DNA of 64,000 nucleotides from an uncultured delta proteobacterium (GCA_963771175.1 CAVYSY010000040.1:64001-128000); one strand, 5' to 3'; positions 1 through 14,048 are shown, counted from the first letter of the stretch. The notes: generated from the sequence alone by a model not told the origin. Numbers and translations are program-made.

Positions 1-3000
1 CCTGCGCGTGCGCGCCCTGCGCGAGGATTCCCACCGACGAGGTGAACCGCGCCGAGGCGGCGCGACTGGCGCACGACCTGTCCGCCCACGCCGAGCTGGT
101 GCGCGTCCTGCGCGGCGCTCGCCACGGAGGCGGAGGCGCCGGCCCTGGCGGTGCAGCTGCTCTCCGAGGCGGCGAAGCTGGCCGAGGACTCCGGGGCGCT
201 CCCCGAGGCCATCGGCTCGCTGGAGACCGCGCTGCAGCGGGAGCCCGAGTCGCCCGAGGTGCTGGGGCGGCTGATCAAGCTGTACGGCAAGGCGGGACGG
301 GCGGCGGACGCGGACGCGCTGCTGCGCAAGCGCATCCTGACGGCCACGAAGGCGGAGAAGGTGGAGCTGCAGATGCAGCTGGTGGAGCTCAACGCCGAGC
401 TGGGCCGTCCGCAGCAGGCCGCCGAGGCGCTCCAGGCGGCCATCCACTCGGGCGCGGACGAGGTGCGTCACCTGCCGCGTCTGGCCGAGCTGTACGAGAA
501 GGCCGGTCGCAACGGTGAGCTGGGCGAGGTGCTCGCGCGGCAGATCGCGCTCGCGGAGGACGCGGGCGACCTGGACCGGCGTGGCGCGCCTGACGCTCAA
601 GCGCGCGCAGGTGCTGCAGGACTCGTCCGGAGACCGCACCGATGTGGTGCGCAGCTTCGCGGACATCCTCCGCCAGCGTCCGTCGGACACGGAGTGCCCG
701 CGATGCGCTCGAGGGCATGCTCGCCGACGGCAACGCGCGCGAGGAGGCCGCGCGGGCGCTCATCCCCGCCTACGAGGCCACCAAGGACCACCGCAAGCTG
801 GTGGCCGCGCTGGACGTGCTCGCCGAGGTGGCGCGCGATGACGCGGCCCGGGTGCTGGCGCTCCGTCAGGCCGCGCAGGTGCACCTGACGCAGCTGCGGC
901 AGCCGGAGCTGGCCTTCGCCTCGCTGGCCCGGGCCCTGCGCCTGACGCCGGGAGACATGCCGCTCCGCGCCGCCGCGCGCCAGGCCGCCGAGGACGCGGA
1001 CTCGCTGGACGCCTACGCGGAGATCCTCATCGAGCTGACCGAGGAGGGGGACACGGGGGCCGCCCGGGCGGGCCTGCTGCGCGAGCTCGCCGAGGTCCAG
1101 GAGAAGAAGCTCGACGACCGCAACGCCGCGGTGTCCTCGCTCCGGTCCCTGCTGGCACTGGAGCCGGGCAACCTCGACTGCCTCCGCGCGCTGCAGCGCC
1201 TGCACCGCGCGGGCGAGGAGTGGGCCGCGCTCGCCGAGGTGCTGGAGAAGCTCGCCGCCGCCGCTCCCGAGCCGGCCGAGCAGCTCGCGTACCTGCGCGA
1301 GGCCGCCCTGCTGCACGAGTCGAAGCTGTCCGACAAGGAGAGCGCCGCCGACGCGTGGCGCGCCATCGCCGAAGCGCGATCCGCTCCAGCGCGAGGCCAC
1401 CGCCTCCCTGGATCGCCTCTACGACGAGCTTGGCCGTCCGAAGGACCTGGCGTGGGCGCTCGGCCTGCGGCGTACGCAGGAGGGCCAGAGCCCGCAGGGC
1501 CGCGAGGTCTCGTTCCGCCTCGCCGAGCTGCTGCGCACCCAGCTCGATGACGCCAACGCCGCGCTCCAGCTCTACCAGGGCATCCTCGCCGAGGATCCCG
1601 GCCACCCGGGCGCGCGCGCCGCGCTCGAGGAGTGGGTGACCGCGGCCGTGCCGATGAGCGCGGGAGCGCTGGAGGTGCTCGACCCCGTGCTCGCCCGGCT
1701 CGGAGACCACGCTCGCCGCGTGTCGCTGCGCGAGGCGCGCATGCACCTCCGCGCTCAGCGTGGAGAAGGCGCAGCTCGCCGGAGAGATCCGTCGCATCTA
1801 CGAGCAGGACATGCACCAGCCGTCGCTCGCCTTCATGGCGGCGGTGAAGGCTTTCGCGCAGGGCGTGGAGCGTGAGTCCCTGCAGTCGGAGCTGGAGCGG
1901 CTCGCTCGCGAGACGGGCTCGCACGAGATGCTGGCCGAGCTGTACGAGGAGGCCGCGGCGGATCTGCCCACGGGCGACACCTCGGCGCTCGGGTTGCTGC
2001 GTCGGTCCGCGGAGCTGCGCGAGCAGCTCGGCCAGACGGAGGAGGCCACCAGCGTCTGGAAGAAGATCCTCGAGGACGCGCCGCAGGACCGGCAGGCGCT
2101 CGAGGCCCTCTCGCGCCTGTACGAGCGCGGGCAGAACGCCAAGAGCCTCTCCGAGGTCTACGCCGCCCAGTCTCAGCTCGCCCAGGATCCCGAGGACCGG
2201 CGCGCCCTGCTGGTGAAGGCGGGCGAGGCCCATGCCGCCGCGGGCGATGACGCCAAGGCGATCGAGACGTGGCGCTCGGCGCTGGCCATCCGCAAGGCGA
2301 CCGACGGGTTGCTCGCGCTGGACAAGCTGTTCGGCAAGACGCGGCGCTTCGTGGAGCAGGCGGACGTGTTGGATCAGCTCGCCGGGCTGTCCACGGACGT
2401 GGAGTCTCGTCGTGGCTTCATCCTGCGCCGGGCACAGCTCATGGAGAAGGAGGGCAGCCACGCCGAGGCGCTGAGCGCTTACCGCTCGCTGATGGAGCTG
2501 GCGCCGGGAGATCCGCAGGCCGTCGCGGGCCTGGAGCGCATGCTTCAGGATGAGACGCAGCGGGCGGAGGCGGCGCGGCTGCTGGAGCCCGTCTACCGGA
2601 GCCTCAACGACACCCGGAAGCTGGTGGAGGTGCTGGAGATCCTCCTGCCGGGCACGCAGCCCGCGCAGCGGCTGGAGCGCATCCAGGAGATCGCCACCCT
2701 GCGCGAGGCGCTCGGCCAGACGTCGCTCGCCTTCGCCGCGCGCCTGCGCGCCTTCAACGAGGCCCCGCAGGACGACGGCGTGCGCGACGACGTGGAGCGG
2801 CTCGCGGCCGATTCCGGCTCCTTCGAGGAGGTCGCGGCGGCGTACGAGGATCAGCTCGATCGCGGCGCCACCGAGCCCCTGGCGGGCGACCTGTGGTGGC
2901 GGCTCGCGGGCATCTACGACGGGCGCCTCAAGCGCTACGACCTGGCGGTGCGCGCGCTGGAGGAGGTCAGCCGGCGCGACCCGCAGAACAAGCAGGTGCT

Positions 3001-6000
3001 GGAGTCCATCGCCCGCGTGCACCGGCGCACGGGCGCGAACCGTGAGCTGGCGCTGGTGATGCGCCGGCAGGTAGCGGCCGAGCCGTCCGTCCCCGCCCAG
3101 GTGAACGTGCTCTTCGAGCTGGCCCACCTGGCCGAGGAGACGCTCACCGACAAGGCGCTCGCGGCGCAGACGTACCGTGAGATCCTCGAGCGTCGTCCCG
3201 AGGACGCCAACGCGCTCAAGCTGCTCGGCCGCGTGCTGACGCAGATGGAGCGCTGGCCGGAGCTGGCGCAGCACATCGAGCGGGAGATCCAGCTCTCCGA
3301 CGCGCGCAAGGCCCAGGAGGAGGGGAGCGACCTGCGCGTGCGCCTCGGCCGCCTGAAGTTCAGCCGCCTGGATGATCCGCGCGGGGCGCTGGAGCTGTAC
3401 CAGGAGGTGCTGCGCCGCCGGGCCGGACACCCCGGTGCGGTGGGCGCGCTGGAGGAGATGGCGCGCTCGGACACTCCGCTGCGTGGCCAGGCCGCCTTGG
3501 CGCTCGAGCCGGTGTTCGCGGCGGTGGGCGATCACCTCAAGCAGGTGCAGATGCTGGAGTCGCGCATCTCCGCCGAGCCGGTGCCCCAGGAGCGCGCGGC
3601 GCTGCTGCGCCGCATCGCGGAGACGTACGCGGGCCCGCTGGACAACGCGGAGATGGCCTTCCTCTCGGCCACGCGCGCGCTGCGTGATCAGCCGGACGAC
3701 GCGCACACGCTCGAGCTGTGCCTCACGCTGGTGGACAAGGCGGGGGCCGCCGAGGAGTTCGCGGCCGTCCTCTCCGAGATTGCTCCTCGGGCGAGTGACT
3801 CCGCGCGCGCCGAGCTGTACCGGGCGCTCGCGAAGCTGCAGGCGCGCCTGGGCGAGGATGACGAGGCGCTGGCCTCGTGGCGCAAGGTGCTGACGCTGCG
3901 GCCCACGGACGCGGACGCACTCGACGCCGTGGTGCGTCTGGTGTCCGATCAGGGGACGCCGCAGGAATTGCTGGAGGTGCTGCGCCGTCAGCTCGCGGGC
4001 GCCGAGGAGCCGGCCCGCCGCGCGTCGGTGCTGCTGCAGATCGCCGTGCTCCAGGAGGAGAAGCTGCAGGACGGGCTGGGCGCACTGGCCACCCTGCGGC
4101 GCCTGTTGGACGTGAAGCCGGACGATGCCGCCGCGCTCACGCGGATGGACGGCCTGTGCCAGAAGCTGGAGCGCTGGCCGGAGATGGCGGACGTGCTGTC
4201 GCGCCGCATCGCGCTCGTATCGCCCGAGGAGGGGCTGGAGCTGAAGTTCCGCCTCGCGGTGTTGCGCGAGACGAAGCTGCTGGACAAGGCGGGAGCGCTG
4301 GCGCTCTACGGCGAGGTGCTCTCGCTGCAGCCCAACCATGCCGGCGCGGTGGGCCGCATGGAGGCGCTGGTGGCCCGCGAGCCGCAGAACCTGCTCGCGG
4401 TGGAGACGCTGCTGAACGCCTTCCGGGCGAGCGGTGACGTGGCGCGGCTCGCGGCGCTCATCGAGACGCGGGTGGGCGTGTCCCCGGACGCGCACGAGCG
4501 CAAGATGCTGCTGGGCGAGCTGGCCACGTTGCGCGAGGCCCAGGGCGAGCCGGAGCTCACCTTCCTGGCGCTCTTCCGCTCGTTCAAGGAGGACCCGAAC
4601 GACGGTGAGCTGCGCCTGCGCCTGGAGAACGCCACGGACGCGGCCGGCTCGTACGACGAGCTGGTGGTGGCCTACGAGGAGGCACTGCCTCGCGTGGCCG
4701 AGGCGACCGACGCTGCGCGGATGTGCCTCAAGCTGGGCCAGCTCTTCGAGTCGCGCCTGCAGGAGCCCGAGCGCGCCGTCGTCTACTACGAGCGCGCGCG
4801 CACGCTGGAGCCGACGTCGCAGCAGCAGTCGCTGGTCGCGCTGGATCGGCTGTACCTCCTGCTGGCGGCGTGGCCGGAGCTGGCCACCGTGCTGGAGGCG
4901 CTGGCCTCCACGGCGGAGGAGAAGGCGGACAAGGTGGGCTTCCTCTTCCGCCTGGGTCAGCTCCTCCAGGAGAAGCTGGACAGCATGGACCGCGCGGCCT
5001 CCGCGTTCGAGCAGGTGCTGGCGCTGGAGCCCGGGCACCTCGCCTCGGCGCGGTTGCTGGAGACCATCTACGACGCGGCCGGAGCGCACGACAAGCTGTA
5101 CGCCATCCTGAAGCTGCAGTCCGAGCGCGTCACCGGCCCCGAGCGCGAGCGCGTCATCACGCGCATGGCGCAGGTGTCCTCCGAGGGCCTGGAGGACCTG
5201 GATCGCTCCATCGAGCTGTACCGCGAGCTGCTGGCGAAGAACGCGCGCAACGAGCAGGCCTTCGCGTCGCTGGAGTCCCTCTACGAGCGGGCGGGCCGGC
5301 ACGAGGAGCTGCGTACGCTGCTGTCCGACCGGCTGGCGCAGACGCTGGATCCGCGCGAGGTGGTGCGGCTCAACGAGCGGCTGGGCCGGGTGCTGTACCG
5401 CCTGCTGAAGCAGCCCGAGGCGGCGGTGAGCTACCTCAAGGCCGCGCTGGATCGCGACGCGCGGCACCGGGGCGTGCTGGACACGCTGCGCGAGCTCTAC
5501 GAGGAGACGGGACAGGCGGAGGAGTTGGTGGGCATCCTGCGGCGGCTCGTGCCGCTGCAGGAGTCGGCCGAGGGCGTGAAGGCGCTGCGCCTGCGGCTGG
5601 CCGAGGTGCTCGCCGGGATGGGGCGGCGCGAGGAGGCGCTGGACGCGGCCCGTCGCGCGCTGGAGGTGGAGCCGCACTCGGTGGTGGACCTGGAGCGTGT
5701 CCATGCGCTCTTCGTCTCGCTGCGGGCCTACAACGACGCGGTGCGCGCGCTCGAGCTGAAGGTGCAGGTGCACCAGCAGGCCGAGGAGCGTGACCAGGCC
5801 GTGGCCACGTGGTTCGCGGTGGCGGACCTCTGGTCCGGAGAGGGCAACAAGCCCGAGCTGGCCGCCGGCGCGCTGGAGAAGGTGCTGGAGCTGGATCCGG
5901 CCAACCCCACGGCCTACTCGCGCGTGTGCGAGCTGTACCGCGGGCACAACGACTGGCGGGCCTACGCGCAGGTGGTGGAGCGCTACCTGCCGAACCTCGT

Positions 6001-9000
6001 CACCGAAGAGGAGAAGCTGGCCACCCTCAAGGAGCTGGCGAGGGTGCAGGAAGAGCGGCTGGGCCAGAAGGACGTGGCCTTCCTGGCGCTCTGCCGCGCG
6101 CTGCAGCTCGATGCCTCGGACGACCACCTGCGCGAGGAGGTGGAGCGGCTCGCCGACGAGACGGGCTCCCACGAGGAGCTCGCCGCCGTCTACGAGGAGG
6201 TGGCGGATGCGCTGCCTCGCGGCCCGCTGGCCGAGCGGATGTACGCCACGCTGGCGCGCGTCCACGACCAGAAGCTGGACGATTCGACCGCGGCCGAGGG
6301 CGCGCTGCGGAAGATCCTCGAGTTCGACCCGACGAACGCCACGGCGCTCGATGGGCTCGCGGGGATGTTCCAGCGGCGTGGCCGCGTGCGCGAGTACGTG
6401 GTGGCACTGGAGCAGAAGCTCGAGGCCGCCGGCTCCATCGAGGCGCGCAAGGTCATCCTCCGGGAGATCGCCCGCGTCTGGGAGGAGCAGGGAGACCCGG
6501 ACGAGGCCGCGAGCGCGCTGCTGCGCGCGCTGGACCTGGAGCCGGACGCGGAGACGCTGGGCGTGCTCACCACGCTCTACCGCAACCAGAAGGCCTGGCA
6601 GCACGTGGCGTCCTCGTTGCTGCGGGCGCGTGACCTGGCGGCCACCGTCGAGGAGCGGGCCCGCATCCAGGTCGAGGTGGCGGAGGTCTACGAGCGCGAC
6701 ATCGGCGACGACGAGGCCGCGGTGACCGCCTACCGTCAGGCGCTCGAGTTCGAGCCGTACAACCCCACGGCGCTGGAGGCACTGGAGCGGCTGCACACGC
6801 GGCTGGACCAGCCGGCGGAGCTGCTCGCCACCTACGAGCGGATGCTCGAGGTCATCTCCGACTACCGCGAGCGGGTGCGGGTGCTCTTCCGCTGCGCGAG
6901 CATCTGGGAGGACAAGTACCAGAACCCGGCCAACGCGGACGCCTTCATCGAGGGCGTGCTGGCCATCGATCCGCAGAACCTGCAGGCCATCAAGGCGCTG
7001 ATCCGCCTGCGGCGCATGCAGGGCCGCTGGGAGGATCTGGTCGCCGCCTACGAGCGGCAGCTCCAGCTCGCCACGTCGGTGGAGGAGCAGGCCGAGCTGT
7101 ACGTGGAGATCGGCAACGTCTACCACCAGCAGCTCAAGCAGGTGGACCGGGCGGTGAACACCTACTCCTACGCGCTGGAGGTGGATCCGCGGAGCCGGCC
7201 CGCGCTGCACGCGCTCGGCAAGCTGTACGAGCGCAGCGGCAACTGGCCCTTCGCCCTGGAGATGCTGGCGCGCGAGGCGGAGATCGCCGGTCACGCGCCC
7301 GACGCGGTGGAACTGCACTACCGCATGGGCAAGATGAACGAGGACATGCTGATGGACACGGGCAGCGCCCGTGGCTGCTACCAGCAGGCCCTCGCTATCG
7401 ACCCGGGCCACCTGCCCAGCATCCGCGCCCTCAAGGGCATCCAGGAGCAGGAGAAGGACTGGGGCGGCTACGAGCAGACGCTCCTCCAGGAGGCGCATCA
7501 GACCGAGGACGACGAGGCCAAGGCGCGCGCGCTGCTCGAGGTGGCGCGCTACAACGCTGAGACCAAGGGTGACGCGGACACGGCCACGGCCTACTTCGAG
7601 GAGACCCTCAAGTACGCGCCGGACAGCCTGGAGGCGGCACGCCCGCTGGCGGACGTCTACAGCGCGCGTGAGGACTGGGTGTCCGCCGAGCGGATGCTCG
7701 ACATCGTCGTGCGCAAGATGGCGGAGCAGGCCATCGCGACGAAGGATGCCGCGCTCACCGCGGACCTCTGCCGGCAGCTCTACCGGCTGGGCTACGTGGC
7801 GGACAAGCTGGGCAAGCGCGACAAGGCGCTCGACTCCTACGAGAAGGCCTACGGCCTCGACGCCACCTACCTGCCGGCGCTCGAGGGCTACGGAAACCTG
7901 CTCGTGCACGCGAAGCGGTACGAGGAGGCGCTGCGCATCTTCCAGACCATCCTCATCCACCACCGTGAAGAGCTCTCCGACATGGAGGTGGTGGAGGTCT
8001 ACTGGCAGCAGGGCGACATCTACGCGAAGCTGAACCAGTCGGACCGCGCGCAGAACCACTTCGAGAAGGCGCTGGCCATCGACTCCAGCCACGAGGCGTC
8101 CCTGCGCGCGCTGGTGGCGCTGTCGGACAAGGCCGGCAAGTGGGAGCGGGCCGCCGATCTCCGCCAGCAGCTCGCCCACGTGCTGGAAGGGGAGGCGAAG
8201 GTGCGTGTCTTCCTGGAGCTGGGCCAGCTCGCGCGCGAGAAGCTGAACGAGCCGTACCAGGCCATCGACGCGTACACCGGGGCGCTCAAGCTGCAGCCGG
8301 AGTCGCTCGAGGTGCTGGACGCGCTCTACGTGCTGCTGCGTGAGACGCGCCAGGGCCAGAAGGCGGCGGACATGCTGGAGCGGATGCTCCGGCTGCCGGC
8401 GCTGGCCGCCGAGCCGAACAAGGCCAAGCGGGTGTGGTTCGCGCTCGGCGAGCTCCGCCGGGACGAGCTGCGCGACATCGAGGGCGCGACCGCGGCCTTC
8501 AACACGGCGCTGGACCTGGATCACCGCTTCGTCGAGGCCTTCAGCGCCATCGAGGCGATGCTGGGTGGCGCGGGCCAGTGGAAGGCGCTCGAGGAGAACT
8601 ACGCGAAGATGCTCGGGCGCATGCCCAAGACGCCGGACACGCACGCGGCGCGCATGGCGCTGTGGCGGGCGCTGGGCGACCTGTACCGCCAGGTGCTGAA
8701 GAACCAGGAGGGCGCGGTGGCGGCCTACGGTGTCGTCGCCAAGGGCCTGCCGGATGATGCGCAGGTGCAGGAGGTCTACGCCGAGCTGGCGGCGGCCTCT
8801 CCGGGCAAGGAGGACGAGGCCATCGCCGCGCTCCGCCGCGCCCTGCCCAACACGAGCGATCCGCGCAAGGTCGTCTCGCAGTTGGTGCGACTGTCCGCGA
8901 TGCGCAAGGACTACGACGGCGCGTGGATGGCCGCGCAGGCCGTGTCGGGGCTGCTCGGCGAGGCGGGGGACGACGAGAAGGAGATCCTCACCAAGCTGGG

Positions 9001-9905
9001 GCCCTACGCCAAGCGCAAGGAGGTGGCTCAGCGGCCGCTGTCGGACCAGATGTGGCAGACGCACCTGCTGCACCCGAAGCTGCGCGGGCCGCTCACCGAG
9101 CTGATGGGGCTGCTCTTCGCGCAGGTGGGGCACCTGTACGCGGTGCCCTTCCAGAACTACCAGATCGTCCCGAAGAAGCACCGCATCGACGTGGCGAGCG
9201 CGCAGGAGTACCACGTGCAGCACTACCGGTACGTGGCGCGCCTCTTCGGGCTGGACGCGGTGGAGCTGTACTCGCCGCACCTGGTGGCCCGCCGCGAGAA
9301 CATGGCGAAGCGCTCCAACGAGGCGGCGCCGGATCCACTCGTGAACGTGGAGGTGCTGCAGACGCACCCGGCCTGCGTGCGCGCGGGTGGGCGCTTCTTC
9401 GCGGAGCAGGGGCAGAAGGAGGCCTACTACCTGCTGGGGCGGACGCTCGCGCTGGTGCGCCCGGAGCTGGCCTTCAGCCAGCGGCTGGCCCCGGAGCGGC
9501 TCGAGGCCGTGGTGCAGGCGGCGCTGAGTCTGGTGGTGCCCAACCTGCGCTTCACGGTGGACCCGCGGCTGGTGGACGCCGAGCGCCGGGTGCTGGAGAA
9601 GAGCTTCAGCGACCCGGCCCGCGCGGCCCTGGCCAAGGTGGCGCGCGTCTACCTGCCCACGGCCACGCCCACGGACGTGCGCCAGTACCTGGAGGGCGCG
9701 GAGCTGACGGCCACGCGGGCCGGCCTCTTCGCCGCCGGGGAGTGCGAGCCCGTCAAGCGCATGGTGATGGGAGAGACCGGTTCGGCCTTCCGGGTCTCTC
9801 CGAAGACGAAGTTGAAGGAGCTGCTGCTGTTCGCCACGTCCGAGGAGCTGCCGCGAGTTGCGTGTCGCGGTAGGTACGGACGTGGAGGTACAGGTACGGA
9901 AGTAG
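1..9905 (+). CDS. gltI: Giant TPR-repeat adventurous gliding motility protein GltI/AgmK (5' end outside window; several apparent frameshifts)
   Basis: Continuous alpha-helical TPR-like sequence across ORFs 151-888, 642-1550 and 1760-9922. Sits directly upstream of a GltJ/AgmX-like gene, as in the Myxococcus G1 cluster. Corrected C-terminus reads LRVAVGTDVEVQVRK* with TAG at 9903-9905. Confidence 0.8.
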
Positions 9906-10061
9906 ATGTGCGGCTCGAATGAACGTGGAGACCCAAAAGGGGCTCTCACACGTTGAAGGAGGCAGCCGGGCGGGCAAGGTTCGCATCCTTGACCCCCCCG
10001 GATGCCACCTCTACGATTCCGGCGGGTTTTCTCCCGTCATTTCTGAGGGTTGCGGGGAACG

Positions 10062-12123
10062 ATGCGTTTCGTCTGCGATAGCTGCCGCGCGCAGTACATG
10101 ATTAGCGACGACAAGGTTGGCGCGAAGGGCGTCAAGGTTCGTTGCAAGAAGTGCGGCTACAACATCGTGGTGCGTCCAACCGGCTCCGAGCCGGCGAAGG
10201 ACGAGGGGACGGGCAGTGAGGCCGCGAGTGGTGCGGCTGCGTCCCAGGGTCAGTCCAAGAACGACGGCCTCGGGCTGCCCGCGACGCTGGGCACGCCTCC
10301 CGAGGGCGGCCTGTTCAGCGGTGTCGAGGAGGACGAGCTTGGTGCCGTGTTCGACCAGGTGCTCAACTCCGGGGCGCACAAGATTCCCGCGGGCGAGCCG
10401 GTCGGTGTCAAGCCGGCCCTGGTGGACATGGCCGTTGTCTCGGACGCGGGCGCGACGGTGCGCAAGCTCGTGGAGGCCGAGGCGGGGAGCGTGAAGACCT
10501 CCTCGCCACGAGTGGTTCGTCGCCATCGACGAGAAGCAGGTGGGCCCGCTCTCGATGGAGAAGGTGAAGGACCACTGGGACCGGGGTGAGGTCGGCCCGG
10601 ACAGCCTGTGCTGGCGCGCGGGCTTCAGCGACTGGATTCCGCTCTCGGAGGCCTCGGAGCTGGCGTCGGTGCTGGCGCCGCGCCCGACCAAGGCGGTCAT
10701 CGTGGCGCCCGCGCCGGTGGAGGCGCCCGCGCCGGTGGCCTCGGGGCCGGTGGAGTCCGCCTTCAGCGCCGGGGGTCTTTCGAAGTCGGCGAAGGCCGAG
10801 TCGCCGGTGGCCTCGGGGCCGTCCGCGACGCAGGAGTCTTCCGGCTGGAAGCCCTCGGCCGCGAGCGTGCTCGCCTCGCTGGTGAAGGAGGAGAACGATG
10901 CGCTGACGAAGCCGGCGCCCAAGGCCGCGCCGGTGGAGGAGAAGGCGAAGCCGGTGGTCTCGGGGCTGCTGGATCTGCCTCCGCCGGAGGCCGCGCCCGT
11001 GGCGGCGCCGAGCCCCATGAGGGCCGAGCCCGCCGCGCCCGCGCCGTATCTGGCGCCGCAGCCGGTGCCGCAGGCCTACGCGCCGCCGCACGCGCAGCAT
11101 CCGCAGCCGTACGCGCAGCAGATGCCGCAGGCCTACGCGCCGCATCCGGGGTACGGCTATCCGCCGGCCGCGCCCGCGCCGAAGCCGGGCGGCAAGATGG
11201 GGATGATCATCGGCCTGGCCGCGGGCGTGGTGTTGCTCGTCGGCGGGGCGGGGATCTTCCTGGCGACCCGGCCTTCCGAGCAGACGGGCACCGTGACGCC
11301 GCCCGCGGCGACGCAGCAGCAGGTGGTGGCACAGGCTCCGACGACTCAGCCGAAGCCGGCGGAGCTGCCGCCCATGCCGCCGCCTCCGGCGGGGGTGGCG
11401 CAGAACACCCCGGGCACGCCCGCGGGAGCCACGGCCCAGCCGAGCACGGCGCCGACGACTGCCCCCACGACTGCGCCCGCGGTGGCGGCGGCGGGGACTC
11501 CCGGGACGGCGCCGGCCGCGAACCCGACGACGCCTCCGCCCGCCGAGGTGAAGCCGGCCGAACAGCCCAAGACGGAGCCGCAGCAGGTGGCTCGCGTGGA
11601 TCCGCCGACCAAGCGAGTGCCCACGACCTCGAGCCGTCCTCCTCCCGCCGTTCGCAACACGAGCGAGGACGACGAGCCAGCCCCGCGCACCAAGCCGCCG
11701 CCCAAGAGTGGCGGGAGTGCGGATGACGAGTTCGATGAGCTCTTCGGGACGACGAAGAAGAGCACCAAGCCGGAGACCACGGGTCCCAACGGCCGTACGG
11801 CCTACATCCCGCCGGAGCCTGGCGGCGGTGGGGCGTCGCAGGAGCGGCTCGGACAGTCGGACATCATGCAGGTGGTGCTGGCGAACAAGCCGGCCATCGT
11901 GAAGTGCGTGAGCGAGCAGAAGAAGAAGGATCCGGGGTTGAGCGGCAAGCTGGTGATGCGCTGGGTGATCCAGACGAACGGCAAGACGAAGAACGTGTCG
12001 TGCCAGACGTCGGAGTTCCGCTCGACGTACATGGCGAGCTGCATCTCCGGGCTCATCAAGGGCTGGACCTTCCCGAAGCACAAGGTGCAGGGCGAGCCCA
12101 TCGACTTCCCGTTCACCTTCTAA
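10062..12123 (+). CDS. gltJ: Gliding motility protein GltJ/AgmX (zinc-ribbon, GYF_2, TM, Pro-rich linker, TonB-C-like C-terminus); frameshift near 10505
   Basis: MRFVCDSCRAQY...VRCKKC zinc ribbon; after the shift, HEWFVAIDEKQVGPL...LCWRAGFSDW (GYF_2); one TM; C-terminus WTFPKHKVQGEPIDFPFTF. Confidence 0.88.
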
Positions 12124-12132
12124 TAATCCGGA

Positions 12133-12181
12133 AAGCGGACGGTCAGCTTTCGAGTCAAACGTCTCGTACGACCGTCCGCTT
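12133..12181 (+). terminator. Stem-loop after gltJ
   Basis: 12-bp arms AAGCGGACGGTC / GACCGTCCGCTT with an inner CGAG/CTCG stem; no U-tract. Confidence 0.4.
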
Positions 12182-12352
12182 CAGGAGTTGTTGAATTTGT
12201 TCCCGGAGGATGCGTCGAAGGGAGTGTCGACATTCGTTGACACGTCCGGAGCGGCGGGACTAAGCCGCGCGCTGCAGGACGGAGGGGGCGGCCTGACTGA
12301 GTGGCCGGAGGCCCGCCCCGAGCGACGTATCCATTCAGGAGGAAGTTGAAAC

Positions 12353-13305
12353 ATGCAGATTCGGAAGATGACGTTGATGCTCGCTGCATTGGGCGCGCTG
12401 AGCATGACGCTGACGGGTTGCCCCGAGGGTGATGGCCGCGAGAGCCTGACCTGTACTGACAACGCGGGCTGCCTCGAGAACGAGATCTGTCACCCGACCG
12501 CCAAGGTGTGCGTGCAGACCTGTACGGCTGGGGCGGACTGCCCCGATTCGTCGAAGACCTGCGAGGCGATCGGCGGCACGAGCGACCAGAGTGCCCAGAT
12601 GATCTGCAAGTGCAGCACGGATGCGCTGTGCCAGACTGACGAGCGCATCTCGGACGCGTCGACGCTGACGTGCTCCACCACCTCCAAGGTCTGTGTGCCG
12701 CCCGGGACGACGCCGGCGTGCACCACGAACGCGGACTGCACCGGGGGCCAGGTTTGCGACACGGCGACGGGCACCTGCAAGGCGCCGACCACGGGCGCCA
12801 CCTGCTCGGGTGAGGGCAAGAGCACCTGCAACTACGGCGAGTTCTGCAGCAGCAGCACGTGCGCGGCGGTGCCGTGCTCCCGACCTGCGAGAACTTCATC
12901 CAGAACGTCACCGCGCGTGCGAACTGCGGCACAGCACTGGTCCGATCATCTACAAGGTCACCACGTGAGCGCTACGCAGATGACTCCTTCTACTGCGACC
13001 GGGTTCCGCTCACGCCGATGCGGGTCAAGGTCACGCTGTCCGCCTACCGCAGCACGCCGCTGCCCCGACGACACGCGACGGCCTGATCTGGCCTCTTCTA
13101 CGTGACGACGGTGAATGGCAGCCAGATAGTCGGTCGCCAGCGCCTCATCAGTTCCGACCACTGGGTACTAATCGCAGCACCGAGCAACCTGCAAGGATGC
13201 TGAGTTCACATGTCTTCTGTGCCGTTGCGCAGCTCGCACGACCCTTCGCTGGGCTTCTACTTCACGAACGGTAACTCCGGTCTGCTGCCAGTCAACTACC
13301 AGTGA
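12353..13305 (+). CDS. Cys-rich lipoprotein (3' part frameshifted, end approximate)
   Basis: RBS AGGAGG; signal peptide with lipobox LTGC; repeated C-x5-C-x4/5-C modules; reading frame breaks down after about 12870. Confidence 0.65.
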
Positions 13306-13535
13306 TGTCGTGAGCGTGCTGGTTGTAGGTACGCCTACATCTGAGGGTCTTCGGAACCCCATCCAGCGCTTCCCGGGGTGGGGCTTCGTCATTCATGATG
13401 GTTCCTCGCCATCAACCCATCCGCAAGATTGATGGCCTGGTCAGGTCAAGTCGGCGCTGAATATCCCGTGCGAGCGGCGTCTTTTAAACTGACGCAGCGG
13501 CGATCGCCGTGGCGCTCAGACGAAAGGAGAAGCTC

Positions 13536-14048
13536 ATGATGCCTCAAGAAGTGCAGACCCAGGTCCTTGGGCGTGGTTGCTGCTGCCGCGTTGGCTCTGT
13601 GTCCGAGGGACGGACGCCCAGCGTGCGACGAGCCCACAAGCTGAACTGCCCTGCGGGAACGAAGCAGTTCGAGCAGTGCCGACGGCAAGGTCCGGACTCT
13701 GTGGCGTGCGTGAAGGCCGAAGGACGGGCTGCAGCCCGCATGGCCCTACGTCTCGTGCTACCCCAACGGCGCAGAAGCAGTCGGAGGGCCAGTACGAGGA
13801 CGGCTTCCGTCCGGGCCTCTGGACCTTCTATCGACGAGCAGGGGCAGCAAGACCGGGCGCACGCGAGTTCCAGCGCGAGCAACTACCACGGCAAGCGTCG
13901 TGGAACTGCATCGCGAATGGCAAGCCGCGTCAGGTCGAGGAGTACGCGGACGGCAAGCGTCAACGGCCTCGTCCAGGAGTTCTCCGCGGACGGCAAGCTC
14001 GTGCGCCAGGCCCAGTACCGCGATGACCGCGAGGTTGCTGCCAAGTAG
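13536..14048 (+). CDS. MORN_2/YwqK-type repeat protein (frameshifted)
   Basis: Pieces across frames: GPYVSCYPNG, QSEGQYEDG...GLWTFY, NGKPRQVEEYADGK, NGLVQEFSADGKLVRQAQYRDD; RBS GAAAGGAG. Confidence 0.6.
   Translation: MMPQEVQTQVLGRGCCCRVGSVSEGRTPSVRRAHKLNCPAGTKQFEQCRRQGPDSVACVKAEGRAAARMALRLVLPQRRRSSRRASTRTASVRASGPSIDEQGQQDRAHASSSASNYHGKRRGTASRMASRVRSRSTRTASVNGLVQEFSADGKLVRQAQYRDDREVAAK

Noticed and set aside
1013..9949. 2978-aa minus-strand ORF
   Set aside because: Antisense shadow of the GC-biased gltI frame; no recognisable motifs.
11040..11720. Repeat-like DNA in gltJ
   Set aside because: Low-complexity Pro/Ala/Gln/Thr linker coding, normal for this protein.
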